Positions 1 to 11,399 of a stretch of 64,000 nt of DNA are shown piece by piece. This stretch comes from Blepharisma stoltei ATCC 30299 (Eukaryota; Protista; Ciliophora). A program made the position numbers and the translations under genes. The DNA lies in assembly GCA_965603825.1 (NCBI GenBank), contig CBFDEM010000002.1, forward strand, positions 124,001 to 188,000, written 5' to 3'. Each line of letters starts with the position of its first letter. The stretch's first letter is position 1. The notes beneath the pieces were generated by a model. That model had not been told where the DNA came from. It did not search any database and worked only from the letters and a program-made list of their open reading frames with translations.

Positions 1-1112
1 AAAATTCGTGAATGTGCTCTAGCAGCCATGTTAATTTTTTAGAAAAATGGTCGAGAATTATAAATTCTTGTACAATATCTTCATTAGTTCCTCCTTCTTT
101 TCCTATCACGATTTTAATTGGATTTGTCAGCACATCACTCGCAAACTTTTGCAATTTTTTTTTAAATGTAGCTGAAAATAATAAGGTTTGCCTGTCTGGC
201 CTTATTTGAGATAATATAGAGCGGCATTGATAGTCAAAGCCTAAATTGAACATAATATCAGCTTCGTCTATAACAATATAACTAATCTTTCTTAAACTGG
301 TAGCTTTGGATTTTATCAGATCAATTAGTCTGCCTGGGGTCGCTATAACAATTTCGCAGCCTGCTCTTAATTCTCTCCACTGCTCGTGCTTAGGAACGCC
401 ACCATAAGCATGAACACATCTCAGCTTGAAAACTCTGGCGTATTTTTTAGCTTCTTTGTAGACTTGGATACAGAGCTCTCTAGTTGGGACTAAAATTGCA
501 GCTATTGGACCTTCATTTTTGCTACTTTTAGATTGGTCGGCTACGTGATAGAGCATAGGCCATATATAGGCTGCAGTTTTGCCTGACCCTGTTTTTGCAA
601 TTCCCATTATATCTCTTCCATTAAGGGCGCATGGCAGCGCTATACATTGAATTGGCGTTGGCTGCTCAAACCCCATTTTGATGATTTTTTCAACCAATTC
701 ATCAGAAAACTGAAGATGCCCAAACGACGCTATTGGGGAAGGCACATTTTCTCCTTCAGTATGAATCTCTAAATCTTCTTTCAATTTCTGGATTTTTTCT
801 GGTGTCAAACTTGCAATATCTGGATGGATATGGTAAAAATCCTATATTAAGTAATACTTTTCTGAATGATTTATAGTTCTGTAAGCTATGATTAACAGGA
901 TTTAAAGTTGGGACTATTTTGCTTTGCTCTTTTGCCTGCTCAATTGTATCTTCAATGAAATTTTCCTCAAGAGGCTGAATGCTATTTGGGTTGAAATCTT
1001 CATTGGGATCTTCAGATTCAAGCTGCTCCCCTTTAGAAGCTGAAGATTCATCTAAAATTTTTTGGACTTCTTGCATGTACTTTTCAAGGGAATCGAGGTC
1101 ATTAGTCTTCAT
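1..1112 (-). CDS. DDX42: DEAD-box RNA helicase, DDX42-like (3' end runs off the window; 16-nt intron 842-857)
   Basis: Removing GTATTACTTAATATAG joins ...YKSFRK to DFYHIHPDI..., then [33 protein letters not shown] and LFSATF motifs. Confidence 0.85.
842..857 (-). other. 16-nt spliceosomal intron
   Basis: GT...AG with A at -6; removal restores the helicase frame. Confidence 0.9.
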
Positions 1113-1527
1113 TAGCTAACTATCAAAAAATACTCTACCTTTTTCTTTCTGTCCATATTATATACTAAATTTTGAATTGAGCAAAATTATTCCTAGAAGT
1201 AATTTTCTGATAATTCTGGGCTAATTAAAATAAATAAATAATTATTTTTAGCTAAAATGCATCAGTTTTTCTTCTTTGTAAGGCTATATAAATTTTTATT
1301 ATTGTCAACTATAGCTTGAGGCGAAAATAATAAATTGTTATCATATTTAATAAATAATTTTACATAAATTAATATAAATTTATCATTCTTTATAATTCCT
1401 ACAACAAAAGGGCTTACTAATACAGCCCTTATTATTAGAAATTATTGACACTACTTATAAAAGCCTTAATTCGCTTAATTTAATGCTGATCTTATCTCGT
1501 CTAATATTTTAGCAACTTCACAAATAA

Positions 1528-4320
1528 ATGTCAGAGCTGAGTTTAATTGGAGAAACAGTGAGATTTGCGAAGTTTCCAGCACGAATAGTAGAAGTCCTTG
1601 CGAGTACACAAACTGTTAAATTATATTTGGCTAAAGATCCAGAAAACCGCACCGTGCTTATTAAATATCTCTCCTTGCCACAAAATGAATTAAGCTTCAG
1701 ACGAGAATTAAATGCCTACAAGAAAATCGGAAGCCACCCCAAGATTGTCACACAATTTGACTACCTTGAAGAAAGCAATTTATGGGGAGCTTTTCTTCTT
1801 GAGTACTGTAGCGGAGGGGATTTGAAGACATTTATGAACGAGGACGAAATAACAGAGCAACAAGTGATAACTATTTTGCGTGATATTGCGATGGCACTCA
1901 ATCATATCCACCAGAAGAAAGTGACTCATCGGGCCTTGCGTCCTGAGTGTATTTTTATTACCACTGATTTTAAATTCAAACTTGGCGATTTCAGCTCAGC
2001 CATATCTGAAGAAGAAATGAGTGGGCTTTACGGAGCAGCGCTCTCAGATGATATTGAAGCCCACACAAAGGGGGAGTACAGGGCTCCAGAGCAGCTGGAC
2101 TTAACCCCAGGCTATCCTTTAGGAACTCAAGTTGACATGTGAGGCCTTGGCTGCTTAATTTATGAGCTTCTTTTTCATCAGTCCGCTTTTACCTCTGGAA
2201 ATCAGCTAGACCAGCTCAGAGGAAAATATAGAACTCCTAATAAGCAAATCGGGGGATGGTGGCGTGCATTACTTGCAAGGCTTTTTGAGGTAAATCCGAG
2301 AGAAAGAGCGACATCACAAGAAATTCTTCAGATGATCCAAGACAATACTGTGACTAAACCTTTATATGCAGAAGGGCAAGAAACTCCTAAAGGCAGTACA
2401 TCACTATCAAGTTTTTTTATGAAAAGCAGCAATTCATGGGTAAAAGCTATAACTTCTGATGGGGACGCTCCTCCTGATAGTCAATTTCTGAACAAACTTA
2501 TAGGAAAGGCATGGAATAAGCCTTTTAAAATTTCAAAATTTTTCAAAGCATTAATGCAGAGACCAGTAGAAAAAACGACAGTTGCATTAAAATGCTTGTT
2601 GGTATTACACAAATATATGTTTGGTGGCCCTAAGCAGATTTTCACCCAAGAAATAGGCCCAAATCAGTTTTTAGACACCCTTCAGCACACTTGGGCTTCC
2701 CCAACAAAAGCAAAAAAGGATAAATTTGCTAATGAATATTTTCGAGGACTAATAGGTCACTATTCAAACGTCCTCAAAGAGAAATCCAAGCTCCATCTCG
2801 AAACCCGTACCTGTGGGAATTGGACAGAAAACGACACATTAGACATCCCTGCAATAGAATCTTTGCTTACCTATTGGTACAAGCTTATCCAAGTCTCTAA
2901 TACCCTCTTTATGGGTGTCGACGAGCTTTCAAAGCTCAGATCTTCAGTTGCTGCTTTACTATTAGAAGAACAAGAAAGACTTGATTCTTTAATCTGGCAA
3001 GGAATAAGAACCCTTCAGCCAGGCAACCAAGTAAACGAAATTACCTCAAAATACTACCAGCACCAACAATGGACTGCATCTCTAATCACAAGTTTCCGCC
3101 AAAGGCATTCTATAGTCACTATAAACCAAATCCCAAACACCAATGAGCCTGATCCTGACAAAACTTTAATTTTTGACGCAAAAAAACAAAGACGGCAGAC
3201 CCAGCTACACCCTCTTCCAACTAAAGAAAGAAGCTTTGAAATTGAAATTTCCCACACAGCAGATACCAAAGTGACCAATGGTGACGATCCAAACACCCCT
3301 GCGTCTAAATCAGCTACTTTATCTAACGACACAAGCCCAATTTATATAGAAGAAAACCTAAATAAGATGTCAATTACCTCACCTGATATTCCGAGGACTA
3401 TTGCAGAAGAAGACTCGCCGCCTCACAAGCCAATCCAAAATAATATGTTAGAAAAAGCGCCTAAGAAAAGCTTGTGGGAAAATCTTCAAGATTCCCCATG
3501 GCTAATAAAACCAGACGAGCTAGTCCCAGAAGAAGAAATTGGGGTCGGCAGTTCTTGTATAGTATATAAAGGACTGTATAGGCATACCCCAGTAGCTATA
3601 AAGGTGATGAAAAAATCTAATATTGAAGGAGCAATGGAAAATGAATTTAATAGAGAATTGACGACTTTAATGAGAATGAGGCATCCTAATTTAGTATTAT
3701 TTATGGGAGCTTGCATAGAAAATCAGCTTTGCATTGTCACTGAATTTTGTGCAGGTGGAAGCTTATTTAGGCTTCTCTACGAAAATAGAGAAGTTAAGCT
3801 GTCCTGGAAACAGAGAATAAAAATAGCAAAAGATGTAGCACAAGGCATGGCATTTCTCCATTCGTCAAATCCTCCTATTATCTATAGAGACTTAAAGTCC
3901 TTAAATCTGTTACTATCAGAGCCTGTAACTACCCAAAATGACCATATTTCTGTAAAAATTGCAGACTTCGGCATCGCAAAGTTCGTAAGTGACGAACATA
4001 TGACTGGACAAATGGGGACTTGCCACTGAATGGCTCCAGAAGTATTAGGAAGCCAACCCTACACATTAGCAGCTGATGTATATTCGTTTGGAATTGTCCT
4101 ATGGGAAATCCTTGCTAGAGAAACCCCTTATAGAGGTATAAACCCAGTCGTTATCCCTTACAAAGTCCTACAGCTAGGCGAAAGGCCAGATATAAACAAA
4201 ATCCCTCCTACAACCCCAATAGAGCTTAGAGACCTTATCACCCAATGCTGGGCACAAGACCCTGAATCCCGGCCTACCTTTTCAAGCATCTTGCAAGCCC
4301 TCAATAGCATTTCAATTTAA
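1528..4320 (+). CDS. 930-aa protein: N-terminal NAK-like pseudokinase, ANTH/ENTH-like domain, C-terminal TKL (Raf-like) kinase
   Basis: ORFs 1528, 2332 and 4030 are one frame joined by TGA=Trp (DMWGLG; GTCHWMAPE). Kinase 1 has HRALRPE/DFSSA and YRAPEQLDL. The middle has KAITS...VALKCLLVLHKYMFGGP. Kinase 2 has GVGSS, VAIK, YRDLKSLN, DFG. Confidence 0.85.
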
Positions 4321-4354
4321 ATTATATATTCTAATAAGATAATTTAGCTTACTT

Positions 4355-4834
4355 TTAGCTTGATTTGTCTCCTCCCAAGGCAGAATCTATCAGTTGTTCA
4401 TGCTGCTTCAAGAATGGCCCGACGATGTGGTTATAGACCCAGATTGCGCCAAGAGTCTTAGGCCAGAAAAGGTACACAAGGACGATCAGCTTAATTGTGT
4501 GATAAAATGGGAACCAGAAGAACAAAATGTCAATGAAGTGGTCTAGGAAACTGTAAGCTGCAAAAATGACCCAATAAGTAAGCCATTGCTTGTCATCGTC
4601 AGTTTCTTTGGACTCTATTGCTTTGAAGCTGACGTAAGCAGGATATAAAATTCCTACTATGTTTACCATAAGGCCTGAGCAAATTCCAAAAAGCACAAGC
4701 ATGAAGGAAAGTCCTATAAAGCCAATTGCGACATAGGAAGCTGGAAGACCTGTTTTCTCACTGAGCTGCTTTACGATTGGGACTGTTTGGAAGTGGGAGG
4801 TTAAGGAGTCGAGATAATCTGATTGTTGGGCCAT
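4355..4834 (-). CDS. REEP/DP1/Yop1 (HVA22 family) ER-shaping protein
   Basis: GILYPAYVSFKAIES...DDKQWLTYWVI...FPFY signature. Confidence 0.9.
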   Translation of the reverse strand: MAQQSDYLDSLTSHFQTVPIVKQLSEKTGLPASYVAIGFIGLSFMLVLFGICSGLMVNIVGILYPAYVSFKAIESKETDDDKQWLTYWVIFAAYSFLDHFIDILFFWFPFYHTIKLIVLVYLFWPKTLGAIWVYNHIVGPFLKQHEQLIDSALGGDKSS

Positions 4835-4902
4835 TATTTATTGCTGAATATTGATTAAATTTATATTTTAAATAAAATTTGAATATATAAATTATGACTA
4901 AT

Positions 4903-6513
4903 TTATGCAGAAGTTTCGCTGCTCTCTTCTGCGCTCTGGTCAGCTGTTTCTTCATCTGATGCAGTTTCTTCTTCAGTTTCATCAGATGTTTCATCGCTGG
5001 CGTAGTCTTCTAGATCTTCTCCTTCTTCAGTTTCATCTTCAGAGCTTGTTTCAGTTTCAAGTGTTTCACCTTCATCTTCATCTTCCACTTCGCTTTCCTC
5101 ATCTTCATCACTTTCTTCTTCTTCTTCAGTCTCCTCTTCACTATCTTCTGTGCTTTCCGTGCTTTCTGTGCTCTCTGTGCCTTCTTCTTCTTCTTCATCC
5201 TCCTCATCTTCTGTATCCCCAGTAGCTCCCTCCGGTTCTACGTCTTCTTCTTCCTCACTTTCTTCTTCCTCTTCTGAAGTCACCAAATTTTCATCAATAA
5301 ATTCATTTACAGACTCTTCCAAAGTATCTACCTCTACATTTAGTTCATTTAGCTCCTCTGTCAGATGGTCTTCAGTGTCCGCTATTTCTTCTTCAGTGCT
5401 TTGGCTTGATTCTTCTACAGCTCCTACAACTTCAGTCGTGCTCTGGTCTACAACTTCATTCATTTCGTCAACTACCTCTTCAGCAGTCCCTTTAGACAAT
5501 TCTTGCTGATAATACATTTCGTCCTCAATTTCTTCTTCAGCTAATTCGTCAACTTGTTCGCCAAGGCCTTCTAGCTCATTTTCTACATATACAGAATCCA
5601 CGTCGACTGCTTGGGCTTCTATAGTTTGGTCTTGGATGCTTTCGATTTCAGCTTGCAGCCTTTCGATTTGGCTGATTATATTTTCTGCTTGTTTTTCGTA
5701 CTCGTCTAAGTTTTCTTCATAAATTTCAGTGGAATCTTGGCTGGGAGAAGGAGTTACTGTTTGGCTGCTTTGGACGACTGAGGCTTCTATTCCATAATCT
5801 TTTGTTTTAGGGCACTCATCTTTGCCATCAGCTGAAGAGTGATAAAAAAATGCGGAGTTGCAGAAGCCTGGGTCTGAAGGAGTCCCTTCTAGACAATAGT
5901 CTCCGTCACTGCACCAGCCACAGTTTTCATCATTTAGGCAGGTTGTGCAGGTCAGATATTGTGAGCAGCCTTCTTCAGGGCAGATACCGTATTCCCAGCT
6001 ACTGCAGGATTCATAAAACGGCCCATCTTCATCTCCACTTGTGCAGATGTCGTCTCTGTCACACCATACACACTCGTTATTGGCGGTACATGAGGAGCAG
6101 GTATTGAAGTCTTCACATATGATTTCTGTGTTTTCTATTTCGTCTTCGGTGTATTCGATCCTGTCAGCTACTTCTTTTAGCTCCAATTTTAAGTCACTTA
6201 TTTCTGCATATAGGACACTTATAGCAAGTTCAGCAGAAGACTCAATAGATGCATCAATTTTTTCGTCAAGGGTGCTTAATGAAGAATCAGCTTGTTTTGA
6301 AAATTCAGAGACATTTTCGCTTAAAACTTCAACTCCGCCTGCCAATGTTCCTTTACTAGTTGACGTGCTGCTTGAGCTACCTCCAGAATCCTCAGTATTT
6401 GAGGAGGATTCTGATGTGTCGTCTTGGGTTATTGATAGAAATGACTGGGGTTTAGAAGATAGCAAGCCTGAAGATAAGAAAAGTCCTAAAACTAGAAAAA
6501 TACATTTTTGCAT
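4903..6513 (-). CDS. Secreted protein with coiled coils, two PSI-like Cys repeats and a very acidic C-terminal tail
   Basis: Signal-peptide-like N-terminus; CxxxxTCxxCxxxxxCxWC twice; E/D/S/T-rich tail. Confidence 0.75.
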   Translation of the reverse strand: MQKCIFLVLGLFLSSGLLSSKPQSFLSITQDDTSESSSNTEDSGGSSSSTSTSKGTLAGGVEVLSENVSEFSKQADSSLSTLDEKIDASIESSAELAISVLYAEISDLKLELKEVADRIEYTEDEIENTEIICEDFNTCSSCTANNECVWCDRDDICTSGDEDGPFYESCSSWEYGICPEEGCSQYLTCTTCLNDENCGWCSDGDYCLEGTPSDPGFCNSAFFYHSSADGKDECPKTKDYGIEASVVQSSQTVTPSPSQDSTEIYEENLDEYEKQAENIISQIERLQAEIESIQDQTIEAQAVDVDSVYVENELEGLGEQVDELAEEEIEDEMYYQQELSKGTAEEVVDEMNEVVDQSTTEVVGAVEESSQSTEEEIADTEDHLTEELNELNVEVDTLEESVNEFIDENLVTSEEEEESEEEEDVEPEGATGDTEDEEDEEEEEGTESTESTESTEDSEEETEEEEESDEDEESEVEDEDEGETLETETSSEDETEEGEDLEDYASDETSDETEEETASDEETADQSAEESSETSA

Positions 6514-6672
6514 ATCCGTTTTATATGAACTTATACAACCTCAGCTTTGAATATGGATTATATGCTATGTCTTGCTATGATTTTTTGATTTTATAAACTA
6601 ATGAAATACTATTGGAAGACTGAAGTCAATTAAATTAATGTGATTTTGATAGATTTTAAAATAAAAGATAAT

Positions 6673-7953
6673 ATGGGAGCAGATTTAATTTTCTTAGTAT
6701 GACTTGGGATTTCAGGCCTAATTTATATACCTACAGGGATTTTACTATTATGATGGTCAAATAAAAAGCCAATAAGAAACCGCTCTCCATTTCTAGTATC
6801 AATTATTCACTGAAGCAATTTTTTAGAGACTTGTTTATTTTTAGTTACCCTTTATCTGTATTTTCATGGAGATCATCATAGTTTTAAGCTTGAAATTGCA
6901 TTTCAAATTTCTCAAACCTTCCTGCACTGCTCGTTCATAATTCCTTATATACTTAGGTGTTATCGAATATATTTTATTTTTCACTTAGATCAAGACTGAG
7001 ATGAAAAAGACAGCAATTGGAGGCAGCATTTATATAAAGCCTCACAAGCCTGGCTATTCAAAATCTACTGCATTTGTATGGCGCCTGTAATTGCTTTTTC
7101 AATGTCAATTTTTATTATTCCAGGCTTTCAAGGATATTTTCCAACTTCTTACTACGACCGAAGTGAATTTGCTGACTCTATTACAGAAATGGTATATTTA
7201 TTTGTACTTTTCATAGAAGAATTAGCATTTGTTTTATGTGTATATATGCTGAGAACGGTTAATGATGACTATAAAATGACTAAAGAAATTGCAGTTGTTT
7301 GCTTATTATGGACGATAAATGGCGTTATATCGACTTTTCCCAGTAATATTGTATGAATGATTGAAGGGACCATCAGGAATAATTTAATAATGCTTGTAAG
7401 CTCACTTTATCCAGTTTTAAGCTCTATAAGAGGAGACTCTTTTGATGACGCAATTACTTTAGAAGCTTTACAATCCCTTGACCTTGTCCTACAAAATCGA
7501 GTAACTCTTGATACTTTTGAAAAGGCGCTTATTAAAGAAATCCCAAAAATGACAAAAATCAAGGCTGCTTCAGAATATTTACAAATTTGGCTTAAATGTG
7601 AATATTATCAAAACTGCCCATCTTTTGAATTAGAATGTGAAATTATGGCATCAAGCAAAATGTTGGACCATTTCAAAGCGAATAATATTAATGTTATTCA
7701 GTTTGAAGCTTATAAAGTGCTTGCTTATCATCTTTTTCCATTATTCAAAAAAACAAAAGTGTATCAAAATTTATTGAAAAATGTGATTCATCAGCAAATT
7801 TATATAAATAGGATTTTACAGACATCATTTACATTAAAATCAGATTTGGAATACTCAATTACTAGCCAAAGCTTTGACTTGATTACGAACTCAAACTCCC
7901 TCTATTTCCAGTCTCCATCTCTTTTATCTCAAAATCAGTCAGGAGTGTTTTAA
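6673..7953 (+). CDS. Seven-transmembrane protein fused to a C-terminal RGS-like domain
   Basis: Single frame from ATG 6673 through several TGA codons; seven hydrophobic segments; IRNRSPFL, LRCYRIYFIF, DDYKMTKEI; RGS-like LDLVLQN..TFEKAL..SEYLQIW..EAYKVLAYHLFPLFKKTKVY. Confidence 0.65.
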
Positions 7954-8051
7954 AAATATACTTACACGATTTTTATTAAAATTAAATTATTTATAAAAAT
8001 TAAATTTTTAATTAATTAATATACCAAATACTTGCTATTTTAAGGAAGAAA

Positions 8052-8993
8052 ATGGGATGCTGCTCAGGCAGGGTATCTTTTACGTAGCTGCAAAAGCATA
8101 TGAATGAGCCTAGCTTAATGATGATTAAAGAAGGCCAAGAAATTGTTGATAAAACTTATTTTTCAAATGCTTCTAGTAATTATATGAGTATCAGAAGTAA
8201 TCATTACAGCAAACAATTCAATGTAGCTTCAATAGAGAGCAAACATTTGAACCAAGAATTAGAGTAAAATCTATCTAGAGAGCTCAGCTTAGCTTTATCA
8301 AATATGAATTTAGAAAAAATAGAAGAAGTTTTCGAATCCAGCACAAGAATAACGATAGATGCCATTTTTCATTCCTGAGCGGAAAACCCAAAAACGATAG
8401 GAGAGCTAGCTATACATCAATTCGGGATTTTTGTTACAGAAAAAGGTTTAGCTCATGAGCCATTATTTATTGAATCAATCAAAAAAACGGAAATCGTTGA
8501 TAAGCTACTTGAATATGCCAAAAGTCAAGAAAGGGATAAATATGAAGCAGCTGTTTTAGCTTTATGTTCCTTATTGGAAAATCAAGCTTTTTCTGAAATT
8601 TTAATAAAGAAAAATGCATTAGCAATATTCATCAAGCATTTGAATGACGAAAAAGAATGGCTTAGAGGGACTGCTGCTTTATGCTGTAGAAACTTATATG
8701 TAGCTAGGCCAAGAATGCAGCAGGAATTTATTGATGGAAAAGGAAGTGAGCAGCTGTTGAAGCTTCTTAGATCAGAAAATAGCATAACTGTTTTTGAAAC
8801 AATTTTGAATCTTTTAGACTTAATATTGGATGATAAAGACAGAATCCAAATAAATATAAAAGAAAAATTACAAGATTTATGTATTATAGATGAGCTGGAT
8901 AGGATAATAATGGTAAATTGTATGCAGGAGACAAGTATTTATGACCAAGATACAATAAATGAAGCTGCTAAGTTTAAAATTTTATTTAATTAA
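8052..8993 (+). CDS. Dually acylated armadillo-repeat protein resembling apicomplexan ARO (introns 8073-8087, 8264-8278, probably 8913-8927)
   Basis: MGCCSGR N-terminus; two stop-containing 15-nt introns; HSWAENPKTIGELA; AALCCRNLYV; ARM-like helices. Confidence 0.75.
8073..8087 (+). other. 15-nt intron
   Basis: GTATCTTTTACGTAG; in-frame TAG; A at position 10. Confidence 0.9.
8264..8278 (+). other. 15-nt intron
   Basis: GTAAAATCTATCTAG; removes an in-frame TAA; A at position 10. Confidence 0.9.
8913..8927 (+). other. Probable 15-nt intron (in frame, no stop)
   Basis: GTAAATTGTATGCAG fits the consensus. Confidence 0.65.
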
Positions 8994-9067
8994 TATTTTT
9001 ATAAAAAAATCTAAAATAGGCAAGCATCATAATGAATATAATTTTTAATTGATTTAAATTCGCCAAT

Positions 9068-10360
9068 CTATATTGCTCCTAAAGCTCGATAATCGACCAT
9101 AGGCTGCGCTCTTGATATAAGCTGATCCACATTAAACCCTGACTGATAACTAATATTTTTTACTGTCGGAGAAATATTTCTTAACGCTCTTGGTGGACTT
9201 TTTGCCTTTAATTGCTTAATTTTTGGGGTTATTTTTTTGACCTCTTTTGTAGCTCTACCCAGCGCTGAGCTTGGTCTCCAATTATTCGAAACAGACCTAT
9301 AATGCTTCTTATTGAGATAAATTTGGGTATAGCTCAAATTAAGCTGCGCAGGTGACGCCGATCTATTCAGCCCACTAAAAGAAGTCTCTGAATAATTCAC
9401 CCTTGGGCTGATCTGAGGAGTAAACGTGCACCCTTCAATTTCTCTATCATCCTGTCTCTTTTTTTCTAGCTCAATTTTTTCTTTTTTATATTTCATCCAA
9501 AATTTCCCTCTTTCTAATACATCCATATCAAGCAAATCTGGGGGTTCTTCGTGCTCAAAGACCTTTGGCCTTGCTTTTACAGCTTGTCTGAGCTCTTCTA
9601 AAGATAGCGCGCTCACTTCGTGAGGCTTTTTAAGTGGTTTTTGGGTGTCGATTGAGCCTCTTGAGGTGGGAACTGTGGTGGCTCTTGCTGGGGAGCTTAA
9701 ATTGTAAGAGTGCTGGGATTTTGCGAGAGATTTTGGGGAGGTGTTGCCTGTTGGGAATTGAAAAATTTTTGGGGAAAAAGCTTGCTTTGGGGAGGCTTCA
9801 TTAGAATTTATTGCTTTTTCGAGCTCTTTTAAAGAAATTTCAGTCTGCTTGGGGACACTTTTAGAAGTACTTGGGGCTTCTGGCAAAGAGTTTAAAGTTT
9901 TTGGTTCAGAGTCTATATTTAGATTCTTTTTAGAGAATCTTGAGCTAGACAAAACCTCTTGGATTCTTGCCAAACCATTTTCTCTAAAGGATTTTTGCTC
10001 TTCATCACTTGCAAGTTTTGCGCTAATTTCAACAATTTTTCTTGATACACTATTAATTTGTGGAACTGGCCTCAAATCTTTTAATTCCTCAGCTTGATAC
10101 TTCAATTTCAACGCTGTCAATCGGGCTTGAGATTCATGATGTTTCCTCATCAGAATTTCTTCAATTTTATACTCAAGTTTCTGAGGTTTTGCTTTCGGTC
10201 TGATTTGCTGTGTATACAAAAGGACATCACTATTAGTCTTCCTTACTGCTGAGTCTGACATAAGCCTATCAAAAACATTGCTCCTGGGATGATGCGCAGT
10301 TGGTGAATAGAGAAACTGTGACGAATGATTTAGCTTGTCATAAATGTGAAAATCATTCAT
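9068..10360 (-). CDS. Hypothetical basic, Ser/Pro-rich protein (VFDRL and CTFTPQI motifs seen in protist cytoskeletal proteins)
   Basis: 430-aa open frame with AT-rich flanks. Confidence 0.7.
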   Translation of the reverse strand: MNDFHIYDKLNHSSQFLYSPTAHHPRSNVFDRLMSDSAVRKTNSDVLLYTQQIRPKAKPQKLEYKIEEILMRKHHESQARLTALKLKYQAEELKDLRPVPQINSVSRKIVEISAKLASDEEQKSFRENGLARIQEVLSSSRFSKKNLNIDSEPKTLNSLPEAPSTSKSVPKQTEISLKELEKAINSNEASPKQAFSPKIFQFPTGNTSPKSLAKSQHSYNLSSPARATTVPTSRGSIDTQKPLKKPHEVSALSLEELRQAVKARPKVFEHEEPPDLLDMDVLERGKFWMKYKKEKIELEKKRQDDREIEGCTFTPQISPRVNYSETSFSGLNRSASPAQLNLSYTQIYLNKKHYRSVSNNWRPSSALGRATKEVKKITPKIKQLKAKSPPRALRNISPTVKNISYQSGFNVDQLISRAQPMVDYRALGAI

Positions 10361-10400
10361 TTTGATTTATTAGAAAAACAGAATATAAAAAATGTATTAA

Positions 10401-11399
10401 TTAAAACTCTACGTCCAGTCTAAACTCTTTTTCGCTTTTATCAGCCATAACTCCTGTCTTTTGGTAGTCACTGACTCTCTTCTCAAAGAAGTTGGTTTTT
10501 CCTTGCATGGAAATCATCTCCATCCACTCAAATGGATTGGCGGCTCTATATAGCTTTTCGTATCCTAAGCTGACTAATAGCCTGTCTGCTACAAACTCAA
10601 GGTATTGGCTCATAAGTCTTGAGTTCATCCCAATCAGTTCCACTGGTAGGGCATCAATGATGAACCCTTTTTCGATGTCAATGGCTTCACGAATGATATC
10701 ATGCACAGTCTCCTGTGAAAGCTTGTTAGCTATATAAGTATATAGCAAACAGCCAAAATCTGTATGAAGTCCTTCATCTCTGCTTATTAGCTCATTAGAA
10801 AATGTAAGTCCTGGCATCAATGATCTTTTCTTTAGCCAAAAGATAGCACAGAAGCTTCCTGAGAAAAAGATCCCTTCAACTGCTGCAAAAGCTAAAAGTC
10901 TCTGGGCAAACGGAGCGTCACTTGAGGCCCATTTCAAAGCCCAGTCAGCTTTTCTTTTAATTGAAGGGTAGTTTTCAATTGCGTTGAAGAGGATGTTCTT
11001 TTCAGTTTGATCTGTGATGTAAGCGTCAATCAGCATGGAGTAGGTCTCGCTGTGGATGTTTTCCATTGCCATTTGGAATCCATAAAAGGCACGGGCTTCT
11101 GGGATTTGGATATCATTGAAAAATCTGTTAGCGAGGTTTTCAAGGACAATGCCGTCAGAGGCTGCGAAGAAGGCCAGGACGTACTTTATGAAGTGTCTTT
11201 CGTTGTCATTTAGCCTTTCCCAGTCTCTGAGGTCTTGGGATATGTCGAGCTCCTCTGCTGTCCAAAAGCTAGCGACATGCTTTTTGTACATTGTCCAGAT
11301 GTCGTGGTAGTGGATAGGGAACATCACGAAACGCTGAGGGTTTTCAGTTAGGAGAGGCTCAGGCTTTGGCACAGAAATTTCTTGATCTATATCAGTCAT
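10401..11399 (-). CDS. RRM2: Ribonucleotide reductase small subunit (class Ia R2)
   Basis: [55 protein letters not shown]; start placed at MTDIDQ. Confidence 0.95.
   Translation of the reverse strand: MTDIDQEISVPKPEPLLTENPQRFVMFPIHYHDIWTMYKKHVASFWTAEELDISQDLRDWERLNDNERHFIKYVLAFFAASDGIVLENLANRFFNDIQIPEARAFYGFQMAMENIHSETYSMLIDAYITDQTEKNILFNAIENYPSIKRKADWALKWASSDAPFAQRLLAFAAVEGIFFSGSFCAIFWLKKRSLMPGLTFSNELISRDEGLHTDFGCLLYTYIANKLSQETVHDIIREAIDIEKGFIIDALPVELIGMNSRLMSQYLEFVADRLLVSLGYEKLYRAANPFEWMEMISMQGKTNFFEKRVSDYQKTGVMADKSEKEFRLDVEF

Noticed and set aside
4905-6550. Antisense and alternate-frame ORFs over acidic genes (also 13886-15014 and 19311-19565)
   Set aside because: Shadow ORFs of low-complexity GAA-rich coding sequence
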